From: Candidatus Liptonbacteria bacterium
Lineage (GTDB): Bacteria; Patescibacteriota; Minisyncoccia; UBA6257; 2-01-FULL-56-20
Direction: 5' to 3'
NCBI GenBank assembly: GCA_016204385.1
Contig: JACQKW010000015.1
Coordinates: 98,155 to 162,154, forward strand
DNA: 64,000 nucleotides
Positions 28,219 through 38,309 of this stretch are shown piece after piece. Positions within the stretch are counted from its first letter, which is position 1, and each line of letters opens with the position of its first letter. Made by a program: the position numbers and the translations under genes. The notes beneath the pieces are model-generated. The model was not told where the DNA came from, did no database searches, and worked only from the letters and a program-made list of their open reading frames with translations.

Positions 28219-29284
28219 TCCCCTCAATCACGTCAAAAATATACCGAAACCACGCCTCAAACGTATGGTCGCGGAGTACCCGTTGGTATCCCGCCTCGGC
28301 AATCGCTTCGCGTTCTTCTTTGTGTGCGAGATAATACTTGATTTTTAAGATGAGATCTCCCGTAGTTCTGTAATGCACGATTTCCTTTCCCTCTGTAAAC
28401 GGCTCGCCGAAATAGAGCGCGGGGCCCGTGAGGAGAAACGCCCGCATGGCGGGTACCTCAAAGACGCGGGCGCGCGCCATGGGGCGCACCATGTTTTTGA
28501 GTGTGAGGAAATTTCCGCGGACGTTTTTAAAGTCGAACATGAGCTTCGCATCGCGCGTGGCGCCCGGCGGACGGCGGATCAATATTCTCGCAAGGGACTT
28601 CGGCCGCAAGAACGAATGGAGCGGCTGTCCGGAAAAATTAAGGTTGATCCTGCTCCGGCTCATCACGTCAAGCATTTTCTCGTGCGAAACGATGCCTCCC
28701 GGCCAGTCGGGACCGAAGCACGAGATCTTCACCCCTGCGCGCTTCTCTATTCGCACGATAAGCTGTTTTCGCTGGGGACTCCCGCGCCCTACGAAACTTA
28801 CATCAATGTCCTTTTCTGTATCTTTCGGCGGATACAAATCGGGATTGACCGCCCAATTGATCCCAATCACTCGTTCGCCAAGTTCCTTATGCCACTTTAC
28901 GGCCGGCGGATAATACGTGACCACCCAATCAAAACATCCCGCCCAATGCCGCCACGAATCGAAAAATCCCCCATCGTCGTCGGGAATGATGCCGATAGTC
29001 GTGAGCTTCTTGCTCTTCGTTATCTCGCGGAATATTTCCTTGTCAAAATAAGGATTCAAGACAAAAATCAGAACGTTTGGCCGTTCCGATCTTATGATCT
29101 CCAAAAGCTCCTGCCGAATCTCTCCGGAGGAAAGTTCCCCGAGCTTGTCCGTGGGATAGAAAATTACCTCCGTTTTCGGAAGCTTTTTGAGTGAAAGATA
29201 GTAGTTGTTGTATTCAAAACTATTCTCCTTAAAGCCTTTTGCCTTGTCGGAGAAATACCGCAATGCAACAAGAAGAATTTTCAT
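28211..29284 (-). CDS. CgeB-like glycosyltransferase, paralog type B (second copy)
   Basis: 357 aa. It is a paralog of 7168..8217 (C-terminal LRDHTFEAWF). Confidence 0.6.
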   Translation of the reverse strand: MKILLVALRYFSDKAKGFKENSFEYNNYYLSLKKLPKTEVIFYPTDKLGELSSGEIRQELLEIIRSERPNVLIFVLNPYFDKEIFREITKSKKLTTIGIIPDDDGGFFDSWRHWAGCFDWVVTYYPPAVKWHKELGERVIGINWAVNPDLYPPKDTEKDIDVSFVGRGSPQRKQLIVRIEKRAGVKISCFGPDWPGGIVSHEKMLDVMSRSRINLNFSGQPLHSFLRPKSLARILIRRPPGATRDAKLMFDFKNVRGNFLTLKNMVRPMARARVFEVPAMRAFLLTGPALYFGEPFTEGKEIVHYRTTGDLILKIKYYLAHKEEREAIAEAGYQRVLRDHTFEAWFRYIFDVIEGRT

Positions 29285-30204
29285 GAAAACTCTTTAAAAT
29301 CCGGTTGTTCCCACCACCTGCACTCGTCTGCCCAAGTGCGCATCCGCTCGTAAGTCAAGCGAATACCCTCTTCAATTGAGGTCGTTGCCCTCCAACCCGT
29401 AAGCTTCGCAAGAAGCGAAATATCATTCGTGAAATGCATGGGGCCCGATACCGGTTTCCCGAGATCGCGCACTGGTTTCCCCGAGAGCTCGCCTATGATT
29501 TCGGCGATCCGTCCGACGGAAACCGACTGCCCCGAACCCATATTCACGGGCCCCGTGTAGTCCGTATCCAAAAGTTTCACTACGGCGAGGGCGGCGTCAT
29601 CCAAGTATAAAAAATCACGCACCGGCTTCGTATTCCACAGTACGATGTCTTTTGCGGGAGAGAGCGCTTTTTGGATAAGCATGGGCACGAGGTCGGGACG
29701 AATTAGCTTTGTGGGGCCGTAGATATTTGAGAAGCGTACCGCGATGGTCGGAACCTTCTTATGGAACTTCGCAACTTCTTCGGATATATATTTGCTGAAC
29801 ACATATTCGTTCACGTAGGGGTTCACGGATTGCGTCTCATCCACTGGATTCTGCATCTTCGTGACATCATAAAGGAGGACGGTGCTAAAGAAAATCAGCT
29901 TTTTTATATTCCTCTTTTGCAAGTAATACAAAATTTTCTTGAGAGGAAGAACATTATACTCAAATCCCATCATCGGCCGCGCATTGATTCGGTGGTGGTT
30001 CGAACTCCCAATTAAGAAAATGACCTTGTCGAAATCAAGAGAGTCCAAAACACTCAAGTCGTCCAGATTAGAAAGAGGAGTATGTTTGTTTTTGATATAG
30101 GGAGGGAGCTTTGTGCGGCCGACGGAGGTAATGTCCGGATATTTCTCAAGGATTATGGGCCCGAGGAATCCGCTCCCGCCGAAAAGAATCGTTTTCGAAG
30201 TCAT
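29281..30204 (-). CDS. NAD-dependent epimerase/dehydratase family protein
   Basis: ILFGGSGFLGP Rossmann motif and YVFSKY (YxxxK). It is more AT-rich than its neighbours. Confidence 0.7.
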   Translation of the reverse strand: MTSKTILFGGSGFLGPIILEKYPDITSVGRTKLPPYIKNKHTPLSNLDDLSVLDSLDFDKVIFLIGSSNHHRINARPMMGFEYNVLPLKKILYYLQKRNIKKLIFFSTVLLYDVTKMQNPVDETQSVNPYVNEYVFSKYISEEVAKFHKKVPTIAVRFSNIYGPTKLIRPDLVPMLIQKALSPAKDIVLWNTKPVRDFLYLDDAALAVVKLLDTDYTGPVNMGSGQSVSVGRIAEIIGELSGKPVRDLGKPVSGPMHFTNDISLLAKLTGWRATTSIEEGIRLTYERMRTWADECRWWEQPDFKEFS

Positions 30205-30234
30205 GAGAAAATGTAAGCAACGAATAGCCGAGCT

Positions 30235-31161
30235 CTACGCGAAATTTCGGCTTTTTATCACCCTGCGCAACCCTTCCTCAAGCGACACCGTCGGGCGCCA
30301 CCGGAGCTCCCTCCGTATCTTTGACGCGTCGAGAGCGTAGCGTAGTTGCTCTCCCGGCCTGTCGGGAACGTATATTGGCCTTGCTTCTTTTCCTAAAAGC
30401 TTTGCGATTCCCCTATAGAGGGTGTTGAGCGACGTCTCAACGCCCGTTCCGACGTTGAAAATCGGATTCGGATGGTTTTTTGGGACTCCGAGCGCGAGAA
30501 GGTTCGCGCGAATGACATCGTCAATGTAGACGTAATCTCGCGTTTTCTTTCCGTCCCCCCATATTTTCGCTTGTTTTCCTTTCGACAGCTGCCTCACGTA
30601 ATCCGCCATGGCACCCGTCGCCTGGCGCGGACCGTAAATTGCGGCGTACCGGAAGATCACGTGCGGCAAACCGTGGAGGTGGTTGAATACTTTCAAGTAG
30701 TTTTCAACCGCGTGTTTCGAAGCGATATAGGGCGAGATGAACGAAAGCGGCTCTGTTTCTCTCGCGGGCAACCTCGCCGTATTCCCGTACAAAAAACCGG
30801 AAGAACTAAAGACGACTTTCTTTACCCCATTCCGCTCACAGTTTTTAAAAAGATTCACTGAGCCGACAATGCCATCGCGATCCAGAAGCGGATCCTCGGT
30901 CGAACGAGGCACGAGCACGTGGAACGCAAAGTGATACACGTACTCCGGGCGGAACTTGTCAAAGACATTCTTGAGGGATGGGCTCGCGATGTTCATCCGG
31001 TAGAATTTCGCTTTTGGGTTCACGTTTTCCTTCCGTCCGGTCGAAAGGTTGTCCACGATCGCAACTTTTGCGCCGCGCGCAAGGAGCGCATCAACTGTGT
31101 GAGAACCTATAAATCCCGCGCCTCCCGTGACGAGAAATCTTTTTCCTTTCACATTCACCAT
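30235..31161 (-). CDS. NAD-dependent nucleotide-sugar epimerase (GalE-like)
   Basis: RFLVTGGAGFIGSH, YIASKHAVE (YxxxK). 308 aa. Confidence 0.75.
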   Translation of the reverse strand: MVNVKGKRFLVTGGAGFIGSHTVDALLARGAKVAIVDNLSTGRKENVNPKAKFYRMNIASPSLKNVFDKFRPEYVYHFAFHVLVPRSTEDPLLDRDGIVGSVNLFKNCERNGVKKVVFSSSGFLYGNTARLPARETEPLSFISPYIASKHAVENYLKVFNHLHGLPHVIFRYAAIYGPRQATGAMADYVRQLSKGKQAKIWGDGKKTRDYVYIDDVIRANLLALGVPKNHPNPIFNVGTGVETSLNTLYRGIAKLLGKEARPIYVPDRPGEQLRYALDASKIRRELRWRPTVSLEEGLRRVIKSRNFA

Positions 31162-31182
31162 ATGTATAGAGTAGAGTAAACC
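31162..31182. promoter_or_regulatory. Conserved island motif, degenerate instance 4 (ATGTATAGAGTAGAGTAAACC)
   Basis: It abuts the ATG of 30235..31161 and shares GTAWAGAGTAGAGTAAA with instances 1 and 2. Confidence 0.3.
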
Positions 31183-31191
31183 GCCGGGCCG

Positions 31192-31234
31192 AAAAATTCA
31201 AGAAAATGCGGGCGTCCCGTGTGGGACGCCCGTG
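31192..31234 (-). terminator. Rho-independent terminator for 31237..32379
   Basis: On the minus strand: GGGCGTCCCACACGGGACGCCC followed by GCATTTTCTTGAATTTTT. Confidence 0.55.
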
Positions 31235-31236
31235 CG

Positions 31237-32379
31237 TCACAAAAATCCGCTGTCGTGCGCCTTCGTTTCGATCACTTCCGCCACGTACTCCGCAAGCGCA
31301 AGCCCGGCGGTGAGTCCCGGAGATTCGATTCCCACAAGACTCACGAACATCGGGAACGCCGGCGTCTCAAAGCGCACCAGAAAATCGTCTTCCCCCTTCC
31401 CTGGGTTCACTTTCGCGCGGAGTCCCGAATACGCCCAGACGAGGTCGTCGCGGGTGAGCGACGGAAGGAACCGCCGCGCGCCGTCCAAGAATTCATCGGG
31501 CGGCGTGTGCACGGAGAAGTCGTCCTGCGTGCTCTTCCACGGCTTCGCGTTCGGGCCCACGAGGAGCCGGCCGTCCATAGACTTCGTGAGGTGGATCCCC
31601 TTCACGGGATGCTTCGGGGGGAGTGCGGGGTAGACAAGCGTTCCCCGGATGAGGTCCTTTTTAGGACCGACGACTTCGTAGTACTCGCCGCGGTACGGGA
31701 AAATCTTGTACCCGTTGAATCCCGCGAGCGCAGAAACGGCATCAGAGGAGACCCCCGCCGCATTTACCACGAGGCGCGCGCGATACCGCTTGCGTTGCGT
31801 GGTCTCGAGCTCATACGAGGAAACTCTTCTTGTAATCCACTTCACTTCCGCGCCGAAAAAGAACCGTGCGCCTCCTTTCTCTGCCGCACTGCGGAGCGCA
31901 CGCCCGAGCTCTCCCTGATCCACCATCCACACTTCGGGGAGGTAAATGCCGAGCGCGGCGCGCACGCGGGGCTCAAGCTTGCGGATGCCCTTGCCCGAAA
32001 GAAGCCGGATCGGGATCTTTTGGGTGCGGCTGTTGCGGTAGAGAAGCCAGAGCGACTTAAGCTCGGAGGTAAGCCCTGCGAGATCACGGCGTGCCGCGGC
32101 GATGACCATTCCGCACTTGCGGTGGGGAACGTGTTCGCGCTCGCAGAACTCGATAAGGAGTGTGCTCCCCTGCCGCGCGAGCTTGGACTTCAAAAAATCC
32201 GGGTTTTGATGAACTCCCGAATGCACCACGCCGCTGTTGTGCCGGCTTGCCTCGGAGAATTCTGATTCATTCCTCTCGAGCACGGCAACGCTCACGTGCG
32301 GAAATGTTTCCAAAAGCTTCAGGGCGATCGAGCACCCCACCACACCCGCTCCCACGATTACCACGTCCACGAGTACCAT
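31237..32379 (-). CDS. FAD-dependent oxidoreductase (DAO / L-2-hydroxyglutarate-oxidase-like family)
   Basis: N-terminal VVIVGAGVVGCSIA dinucleotide-binding motif. 380 aa. Confidence 0.7.
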   Translation of the reverse strand: MVLVDVVIVGAGVVGCSIALKLLETFPHVSVAVLERNESEFSEASRHNSGVVHSGVHQNPDFLKSKLARQGSTLLIEFCEREHVPHRKCGMVIAAARRDLAGLTSELKSLWLLYRNSRTQKIPIRLLSGKGIRKLEPRVRAALGIYLPEVWMVDQGELGRALRSAAEKGGARFFFGAEVKWITRRVSSYELETTQRKRYRARLVVNAAGVSSDAVSALAGFNGYKIFPYRGEYYEVVGPKKDLIRGTLVYPALPPKHPVKGIHLTKSMDGRLLVGPNAKPWKSTQDDFSVHTPPDEFLDGARRFLPSLTRDDLVWAYSGLRAKVNPGKGEDDFLVRFETPAFPMFVSLVGIESPGLTAGLALAEYVAEVIETKAHDSGFL

Positions 32380-32395
32380 GACGATGTTCTCCTTT

Positions 32396-32424
32396 CAGTA
32401 AGGGCTGTGGGGAGTATAGAGGGG
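32396..32424. promoter_or_regulatory. Conserved island motif, weak instance 5 (CAGTAAGGGCTGTGGGGAGTATAGAGGGG)
   Basis: It lies about 17 nt upstream of the ATG of 31237..32379. The similarity is only partial. Confidence 0.2.
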
Positions 32425-32438
32425 CTGTTCCCCTGTGT

Positions 32439-32477
32439 CAAAAAAAAGAAAACGGCTCCCGATGAGCTGGGAGCCGC
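32439..32477 (-). terminator. Rho-independent terminator downstream of 32616..33572
   Basis: On the minus strand: CGGCTCCCAGCTCATCGGGAGCCG followed by TTTTCTTTTTTTT. Confidence 0.55.
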
Positions 32478-32615
32478 GAACACGACCGGCAGGCCGGGCA
32501 ACCCCGAGGGGGAGGTAAACCAGCCTGCCGGGGGGGACTATCGGTAAGTGTAGCCGAAGAATGCGCGGAGCGTCAACCCCACGCCTATGCAGAGGTGTGG
32601 GGGTCAAGCAGCGCA

Positions 32616-33572
32616 CTACACGTTCGAATGCGGATTTTGAATGTCAATGACCTCGCTCAATTTTATGAGTTCGTCAATGCCCTGTTCCATCGAAACAGAC
32701 GTGTGGTAGCCGAGCTTCTCAAGCTTATTGTATGAGACAAGATAATCGCGCTGGTCGAGGTCTTTTCCGATGTCCGCGAAGTGAAGGTAGTAATCGACTT
32801 TGTTCAATATCATCCGGCAGATCGCTTCCTTCGAATAATTCAAGTCGTTACTTCCCACGTTGTATATCTCTCCCTTCATCTTGTCGTAGTTGTCGATCGC
32901 AAAAAGGAACGCGCGCGCCATGTCGCGTACGTGGATGAACGTCCGCATGAAATGTTTCTCGTAGACAATTAAGCTGCGTTCCCTCACGGCTTTATAGGTA
33001 AAATCGTTCGGAAGAAGGTCAAGCCGCATCCGTGGCGAGACGCCAAAGGCGGTTGCAAACCTAAAAATTACGAATTCTTTGTTTTGTTTTATAATCTCCT
33101 CCGCTTCGGTTTTTTGTCTGCCGTAGTCGGTCAAGGGATTCAATGGGGTCGTTTCGGTACAGAGAGCCTCGAGCATTTTTCCATAATTACTTCCCGTAGA
33201 GGCGTAAAACACCGGGATTTTTCCGGCTGCCACCTCCACGACGTGCTTTGTGCCGTTCACGTTAATGTCTCTCGAAAGTTCGGGGTCTTTTCTGCATGCG
33301 GGAAACCCGACAATGGCAGCGAGATGCACAATGTAATGTGCGCCTTCGGCTGCCTTTAGAACCGTCTCGCGGTTCCGAATGTCGCCTTTCATGAACTCGA
33401 ACCTATCCCGCGAGAAAAAAGAGAGTATGCCGTGCGGGCCAAACTTAAGACTATCCAACACCCGCACGCGGTAACCCTCGTGAAGCAAGCGGTCCACGAG
33501 CACGGTGCCCACGTACCCCGCCCCGCCGGTCACGAGCACGAGCTTGTCTTTGTTTTTATCTGAATCGCCCAT
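32616..33572 (-). CDS. NAD-dependent epimerase/dehydratase family protein
   Basis: Start chosen at the internal Met (MGDSDKNKDKLVLVTGGAGYVG). It carries YGRQK (YxxxK). The track's N-terminal extension to 33758 overlaps the fcl 3' end and is likely spurious. Confidence 0.7.
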   Translation of the reverse strand: MGDSDKNKDKLVLVTGGAGYVGTVLVDRLLHEGYRVRVLDSLKFGPHGILSFFSRDRFEFMKGDIRNRETVLKAAEGAHYIVHLAAIVGFPACRKDPELSRDINVNGTKHVVEVAAGKIPVFYASTGSNYGKMLEALCTETTPLNPLTDYGRQKTEAEEIIKQNKEFVIFRFATAFGVSPRMRLDLLPNDFTYKAVRERSLIVYEKHFMRTFIHVRDMARAFLFAIDNYDKMKGEIYNVGSNDLNYSKEAICRMILNKVDYYLHFADIGKDLDQRDYLVSYNKLEKLGYHTSVSMEQGIDELIKLSEVIDIQNPHSNV

Positions 33573-33612
33573 GGTAAGGAAAGTGTACGACGCTAATAGT
33601 GCACCACCGCGC

Positions 33613-34563
<951 letters not shown>

Positions 34564-35526
34564 TTAGTACCCCAACCGTTTTCGGTTGTTTGCATACCAC
34601 TCGATCGTCTCTCGGAGCCCGTCCGTGAGCTTTACTTCAGGCTTCCAGCCGGTTGCCTGCATAAGTTTCGAGATGTTCAATACTTTGTGGAGCGCGCCAT
34701 CGGGTTTCGAAGCATCCCACCGTATCGTTCCTTTGAATCCGACGATTGCGCAGATTGTCTCCGCGAGTTCCTTAATCGGAGTGCCTACGCCGGTGCCGAC
34801 ATTCAAAGGTTCCGGATAATTTCCGAGTTCCGTAATCGCAACGATCGCCTTCGCGGCGTCCGAGGCAAATATGAACTCCCGCACTGCCGCGCCGGTTCCC
34901 CATACTACCACTTCGCGCTTCCCATCCTCGCGCGCATCGACAAACTTCCGGATGAGCGCGGAGGCCACGTGCGACCGATCTGGGTCGAACGTATCTCTCG
35001 GTCCGTAAAGGTTCGCAGGCACCGCGAAAGAAAAGTTCAAGCCGTGCTCCCGCGCATATGCCCGTGCCCCCAAAAGCAACGCGCGCTTTGAGAATCCATA
35101 CACCTCAACCGTCGGATGGAGCGGCCCCGCAAGGAGGTCTTTCTCTTCAAAATTTCCCGTAAGCGCCCCCGGGTACATGCAGGCCGATCCCACGATCATA
35201 AGTTTCTGAATCTTATGCTCGATCGAAAGATCGAGGATGTTGAGCGCCATTATTACATTGTCCCGAAAGATGGCGCTCGGATACTTTACGTTATACCCGA
35301 TGCCGCCCACCTTCGCCGCCGCATGGATCACGATATCTGGCGCGAATTTTTGGAATGCCTCGCCATAACTCCCTTTTTTCGTAAGATCGTACTCCTCCAT
35401 GCGCGGCGAAAAGAGGTTCGTGCCGGGAACACCGCGCGATGTAAGCTCGTGAATGAGATGGGAACCTAAAAATCCCGAACCTCCCGTCACAAGTATTTTT
35501 TTGTCCGCAAGCCTAATCCGTTCCAT
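34564..35526 (-). CDS. Second Fcl-family epimerase/reductase paralog (candidate ColC-like GDP-4-keto-3,6-dideoxymannose reductase or other GDP-sugar reductase)
   Basis: KILVTGGSGFLGSH, AAAKVGGIGYN, YGFSKR. 320 aa. It is in tandem with fcl and adjacent to a ColD-like gene. Confidence 0.7.
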   Translation of the reverse strand: MERIRLADKKILVTGGSGFLGSHLIHELTSRGVPGTNLFSPRMEEYDLTKKGSYGEAFQKFAPDIVIHAAAKVGGIGYNVKYPSAIFRDNVIMALNILDLSIEHKIQKLMIVGSACMYPGALTGNFEEKDLLAGPLHPTVEVYGFSKRALLLGARAYAREHGLNFSFAVPANLYGPRDTFDPDRSHVASALIRKFVDAREDGKREVVVWGTGAAVREFIFASDAAKAIVAITELGNYPEPLNVGTGVGTPIKELAETICAIVGFKGTIRWDASKPDGALHKVLNISKLMQATGWKPEVKLTDGLRETIEWYANNRKRLGY

Positions 35527-35542
35527 ACAATCCTATGACATC

Positions 35543-36649
35543 CTACGCAAGCAGTGGTTTCACGGTGTGTACCATAAATGCAAGGTCTTCGTCGGTAAGA
35601 TTCTGATGAATGGGGAGATACAGCGTCCGGTGCGAAAGATCTTCGGCCACCGGAAACGCGCCGGGCGTATAGCCAAGATAACGATATGCTTCCTCGTCGG
35701 TTGGGATGGAGCTAAAAAGTTTTCGGCATTCGATGCCCGCATTAAAGATTTTCTGAAGCGCTTCATCGCGCTGGTTCTGGCTCGCAAACATGAGGGGAAA
35801 TCCGTGGAGCACGTGGGAGCGATCGGAAGTGTCGGGAATGAGATCAACGCCCAACCCATCCCGCAACACTGCGTAATTTCGCTTTTTCTTTGCAATGAAT
35901 TCATCGAGGCGTCCAATGAGTCCCAGGCCGATGATGGCTTCCATCGAATTCATTTTTGCGTTAAAGCCGATGCGGGGAAACACAAATTTTTCCGCCACGT
36001 TGTGGCTCTTGACCGCATGATTGCGGAGCGAAACAATAAGATCCGCCATTTCCTTGTGCTTCGTCACCACCATGCCCCCTTCCCCGCAGCAAATGGTATG
36101 CGACGCAAAGAATGAATACGTCCCTGCGTCGGCAAGCGTCCCTGCATATTTTCCTTTATACGTGGATCCGAACGCCTCGCAGTCATCGCTCAAGAACCAG
36201 ATGCCGCGGCGCCTCGCAATATCAGCAATTGCATCCATATCGCAAAATCCTCCGAGAAGATTCACGGGCGTAATGGCGAGGGTGCGGGGAGTGATTTTCT
36301 CTTCAATTTTTGAGGTGTCAATCTGAAAATCCGGCCCGACGTCAACAAATACCGGCTTCAGGTGGTTATAGTAGGCGGCATTCACGTGCGCAATAAACGT
36401 AAGCGCAGGAATGATGACTTCGTCTTTTCCCGGCCGCAAATATTTTGCGGCCGCGAGCATTAATGTATCTGCGGCGGTGCCGGAAGAAGCGCTGAGCGCG
36501 TAGGGTGCGGAAAATTTTTTCCGGATTGCTGCTTCAAAATCTTCTGTGTAGCGCCCCTGGCTTATCACGCCTGCGTCGAGCGCCTCACGCATGAGTTTCT
36601 TAGTTTCCTCGGTGATATTGACCGACCCCAAATGAACTTTCACCCCCAT
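35543..36649 (-). CDS. DegT-fold enzyme with His replacing the PLP lysine, a ColD-like GDP-4-keto-6-deoxymannose 3-dehydratase candidate
   Basis: 368 aa. It has SFFASHTICCGEGGMV, that is H at the canonical K position, and lies immediately downstream of gmd. Confidence 0.7.
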   Translation of the reverse strand: MGVKVHLGSVNITEETKKLMREALDAGVISQGRYTEDFEAAIRKKFSAPYALSASSGTAADTLMLAAAKYLRPGKDEVIIPALTFIAHVNAAYYNHLKPVFVDVGPDFQIDTSKIEEKITPRTLAITPVNLLGGFCDMDAIADIARRRGIWFLSDDCEAFGSTYKGKYAGTLADAGTYSFFASHTICCGEGGMVVTKHKEMADLIVSLRNHAVKSHNVAEKFVFPRIGFNAKMNSMEAIIGLGLIGRLDEFIAKKKRNYAVLRDGLGVDLIPDTSDRSHVLHGFPLMFASQNQRDEALQKIFNAGIECRKLFSSIPTDEEAYRYLGYTPGAFPVAEDLSHRTLYLPIHQNLTDEDLAFMVHTVKPLLA

Positions 36650-36650
36650 A

Positions 36651-37664
36651 CTATGCGTTTTTTACCATCTTCTCCATTCCATACTCCTCGAGATCGTGCA
36701 CGAGCATCATGCGCGTGAGTTCCTTAAAGGTAACCTTCGGTTTCCACCCCAGTTTTTCTCTCGCTTTCCGCGCGTCGGCAACCAAGTGCACGACTTCGGT
36801 CGGGCGGTAATAGCGCGGATCTATCTCCACGTAGGATTTCCAGTCGTGGACGCCCACGAGCCGGAACGCTTCTTCCACAAACTCCCCCACGCGGTGGCTC
36901 TCCCCGGTGCCGATCACATAATCATCGGGTTCGGACTCTTGCAACATTTTCCACATCGCTTCGACGTACTCCGGCGCATACCCCCAATCGCGCTTCGCCT
37001 CAAGGTTTCCGAGAAAGAGCTTCTTCTCTTTCCCGGCGAGAATCCGTGCAATGCCATGCGTGATTTTCCTTGTCACAAACGTTTCGCCGCGGCGGGGGGA
37101 CTCGTGATTAAAAAGTATCCCGTTCGCCGCAAAGATGCCGTACGCCTCGCGATAGTTTCTCGTGGTGTGGAATGCAAATACCTTCGAGGCGCTATACGGG
37201 CTCCGCGGATAAAACTTCGTCTCCTCGTTCTGCGGCGGCGGCGCGGCGCCGAACATCTCCGAACTCGACGCCTGATAAAACTTCACCTTCTTCCTCGCGT
37301 GTTCTTCGTAATCTTTGATTCCTTCAAGGAGCCGCAGCGTGCCGACCGCGACGATGTTCGCGGTGTACTCGGGAATATCGAAACTTACGCGCACGTGCGA
37401 CTGGGCGCCAAGATTGTAGATTTCATCAGGCTGAACCTTATATATGAGCTTCCGCACGGTGCTCGCGTCCGCAAGGTCGCCGAAGTGAAGGTGCATCTTC
37501 ACCCCGTTTACATGCGGATCGGTATATAGATGGTCAATACGGGACGTATTGAACGACGATGCGCGCCGGATAATCCCGTGCACTTCGTATCCCTTCGAGA
37601 GCAGGAGTTCCGCAAGATAGGAACCGTCTTGGCCGGTAATGCCGGTGATGAGGGCTTTCTTCAT
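36651..37664 (-). CDS. gmd: GDP-mannose 4,6-dehydratase
   Basis: [35 protein letters not shown], then [13 protein letters not shown] and RDWGYA. This is a textbook Gmd. 337 aa. Confidence 0.9.
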   Translation of the reverse strand: MKKALITGITGQDGSYLAELLLSKGYEVHGIIRRASSFNTSRIDHLYTDPHVNGVKMHLHFGDLADASTVRKLIYKVQPDEIYNLGAQSHVRVSFDIPEYTANIVAVGTLRLLEGIKDYEEHARKKVKFYQASSSEMFGAAPPPQNEETKFYPRSPYSASKVFAFHTTRNYREAYGIFAANGILFNHESPRRGETFVTRKITHGIARILAGKEKKLFLGNLEAKRDWGYAPEYVEAMWKMLQESEPDDYVIGTGESHRVGEFVEEAFRLVGVHDWKSYVEIDPRYYRPTEVVHLVADARKAREKLGWKPKVTFKELTRMMLVHDLEEYGMEKMVKNA

Positions 37665-37682
37665 CTGATTCCTTATACGACG

Positions 37683-38309
37683 TTACTTCCGCGGCGTCAA
37701 TCGGGTTTCTATCTCCGAGAGTACCGCGCGCGTACTCTCGTCGTCTTTCCACTGTAAAAGTATCTGCGTTGCGATCTTCCTTGCGTCCTCAAGGTTTCCC
37801 TCGGCACGCGAGACATCGAGCAATCCGTAAAGGAACTGCGGGCGCTTCGGACTCATCGAGAGTCCCTGCGCAAAGTGCCGTTTCGCGTCCCCGAGGTATG
37901 CGGGGTTCCCGGTCCTCACAAATGCGATCTCGTGCAATATGCCCAATACGTAAAGGTTTTGGTTGAAACTCATTCCCCTGCCGCGTTCAATAATCGGGGC
38001 ATAGTATCGGTTCACAAATGAGAGAGCGCGCGCGATGACCTCGGGCGGAACATTTTGCTGATTCACGATGCCAAGCAGTTGGTTCGCCACGTTTCTCACG
38101 AGTTCCTCCTCTCCGATGGGAGACGCACGCGCAAGCGGCTCTGCGAGGATCTTCTCGATCTCCTCGATCGTACCGGCTCTTCCCAGAGAATTGAGCGCCG
38201 CGATAAAGCTCTTTGACTTCTGATACGGCAAAAACGAGCCGAAATATGCGATTCCGAGAATGACCGCGCCAAGCGCGACGGCAATAATCTGTTTAGCGGG
38301 TGTCTTCAT
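37683..38309 (-). CDS. Hypothetical membrane-anchored protein (N-terminal TM helix plus helical soluble domain)
   Basis: Start chosen at MKTPAKQIIAVALGAVILGIAYF. The track's N-terminal extension is Ser/Cys-rich junk that overlaps the upstream gene. Confidence 0.4.
   Translation of the reverse strand: MKTPAKQIIAVALGAVILGIAYFGSFLPYQKSKSFIAALNSLGRAGTIEEIEKILAEPLARASPIGEEELVRNVANQLLGIVNQQNVPPEVIARALSFVNRYYAPIIERGRGMSFNQNLYVLGILHEIAFVRTGNPAYLGDAKRHFAQGLSMSPKRPQFLYGLLDVSRAEGNLEDARKIATQILLQWKDDESTRAVLSEIETRLTPRK

Noticed and set aside
28373-29194. 273-aa plus-strand ORF and neighbouring plus-strand ORFs 27140..28348
   Set aside because: They are antisense to the CgeB-like GT and the ColD-like gene. 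No supporting motifs are seen.
31219-32265. 348-aa plus-strand ORF
   Set aside because: It is antisense to the FAD-dependent oxidoreductase. Its Arg-rich low-complexity translation is typical of a GC-rich shadow frame.
36696-37529. 277-aa plus-strand ORF
   Set aside because: It is antisense to the unmistakable gmd gene.
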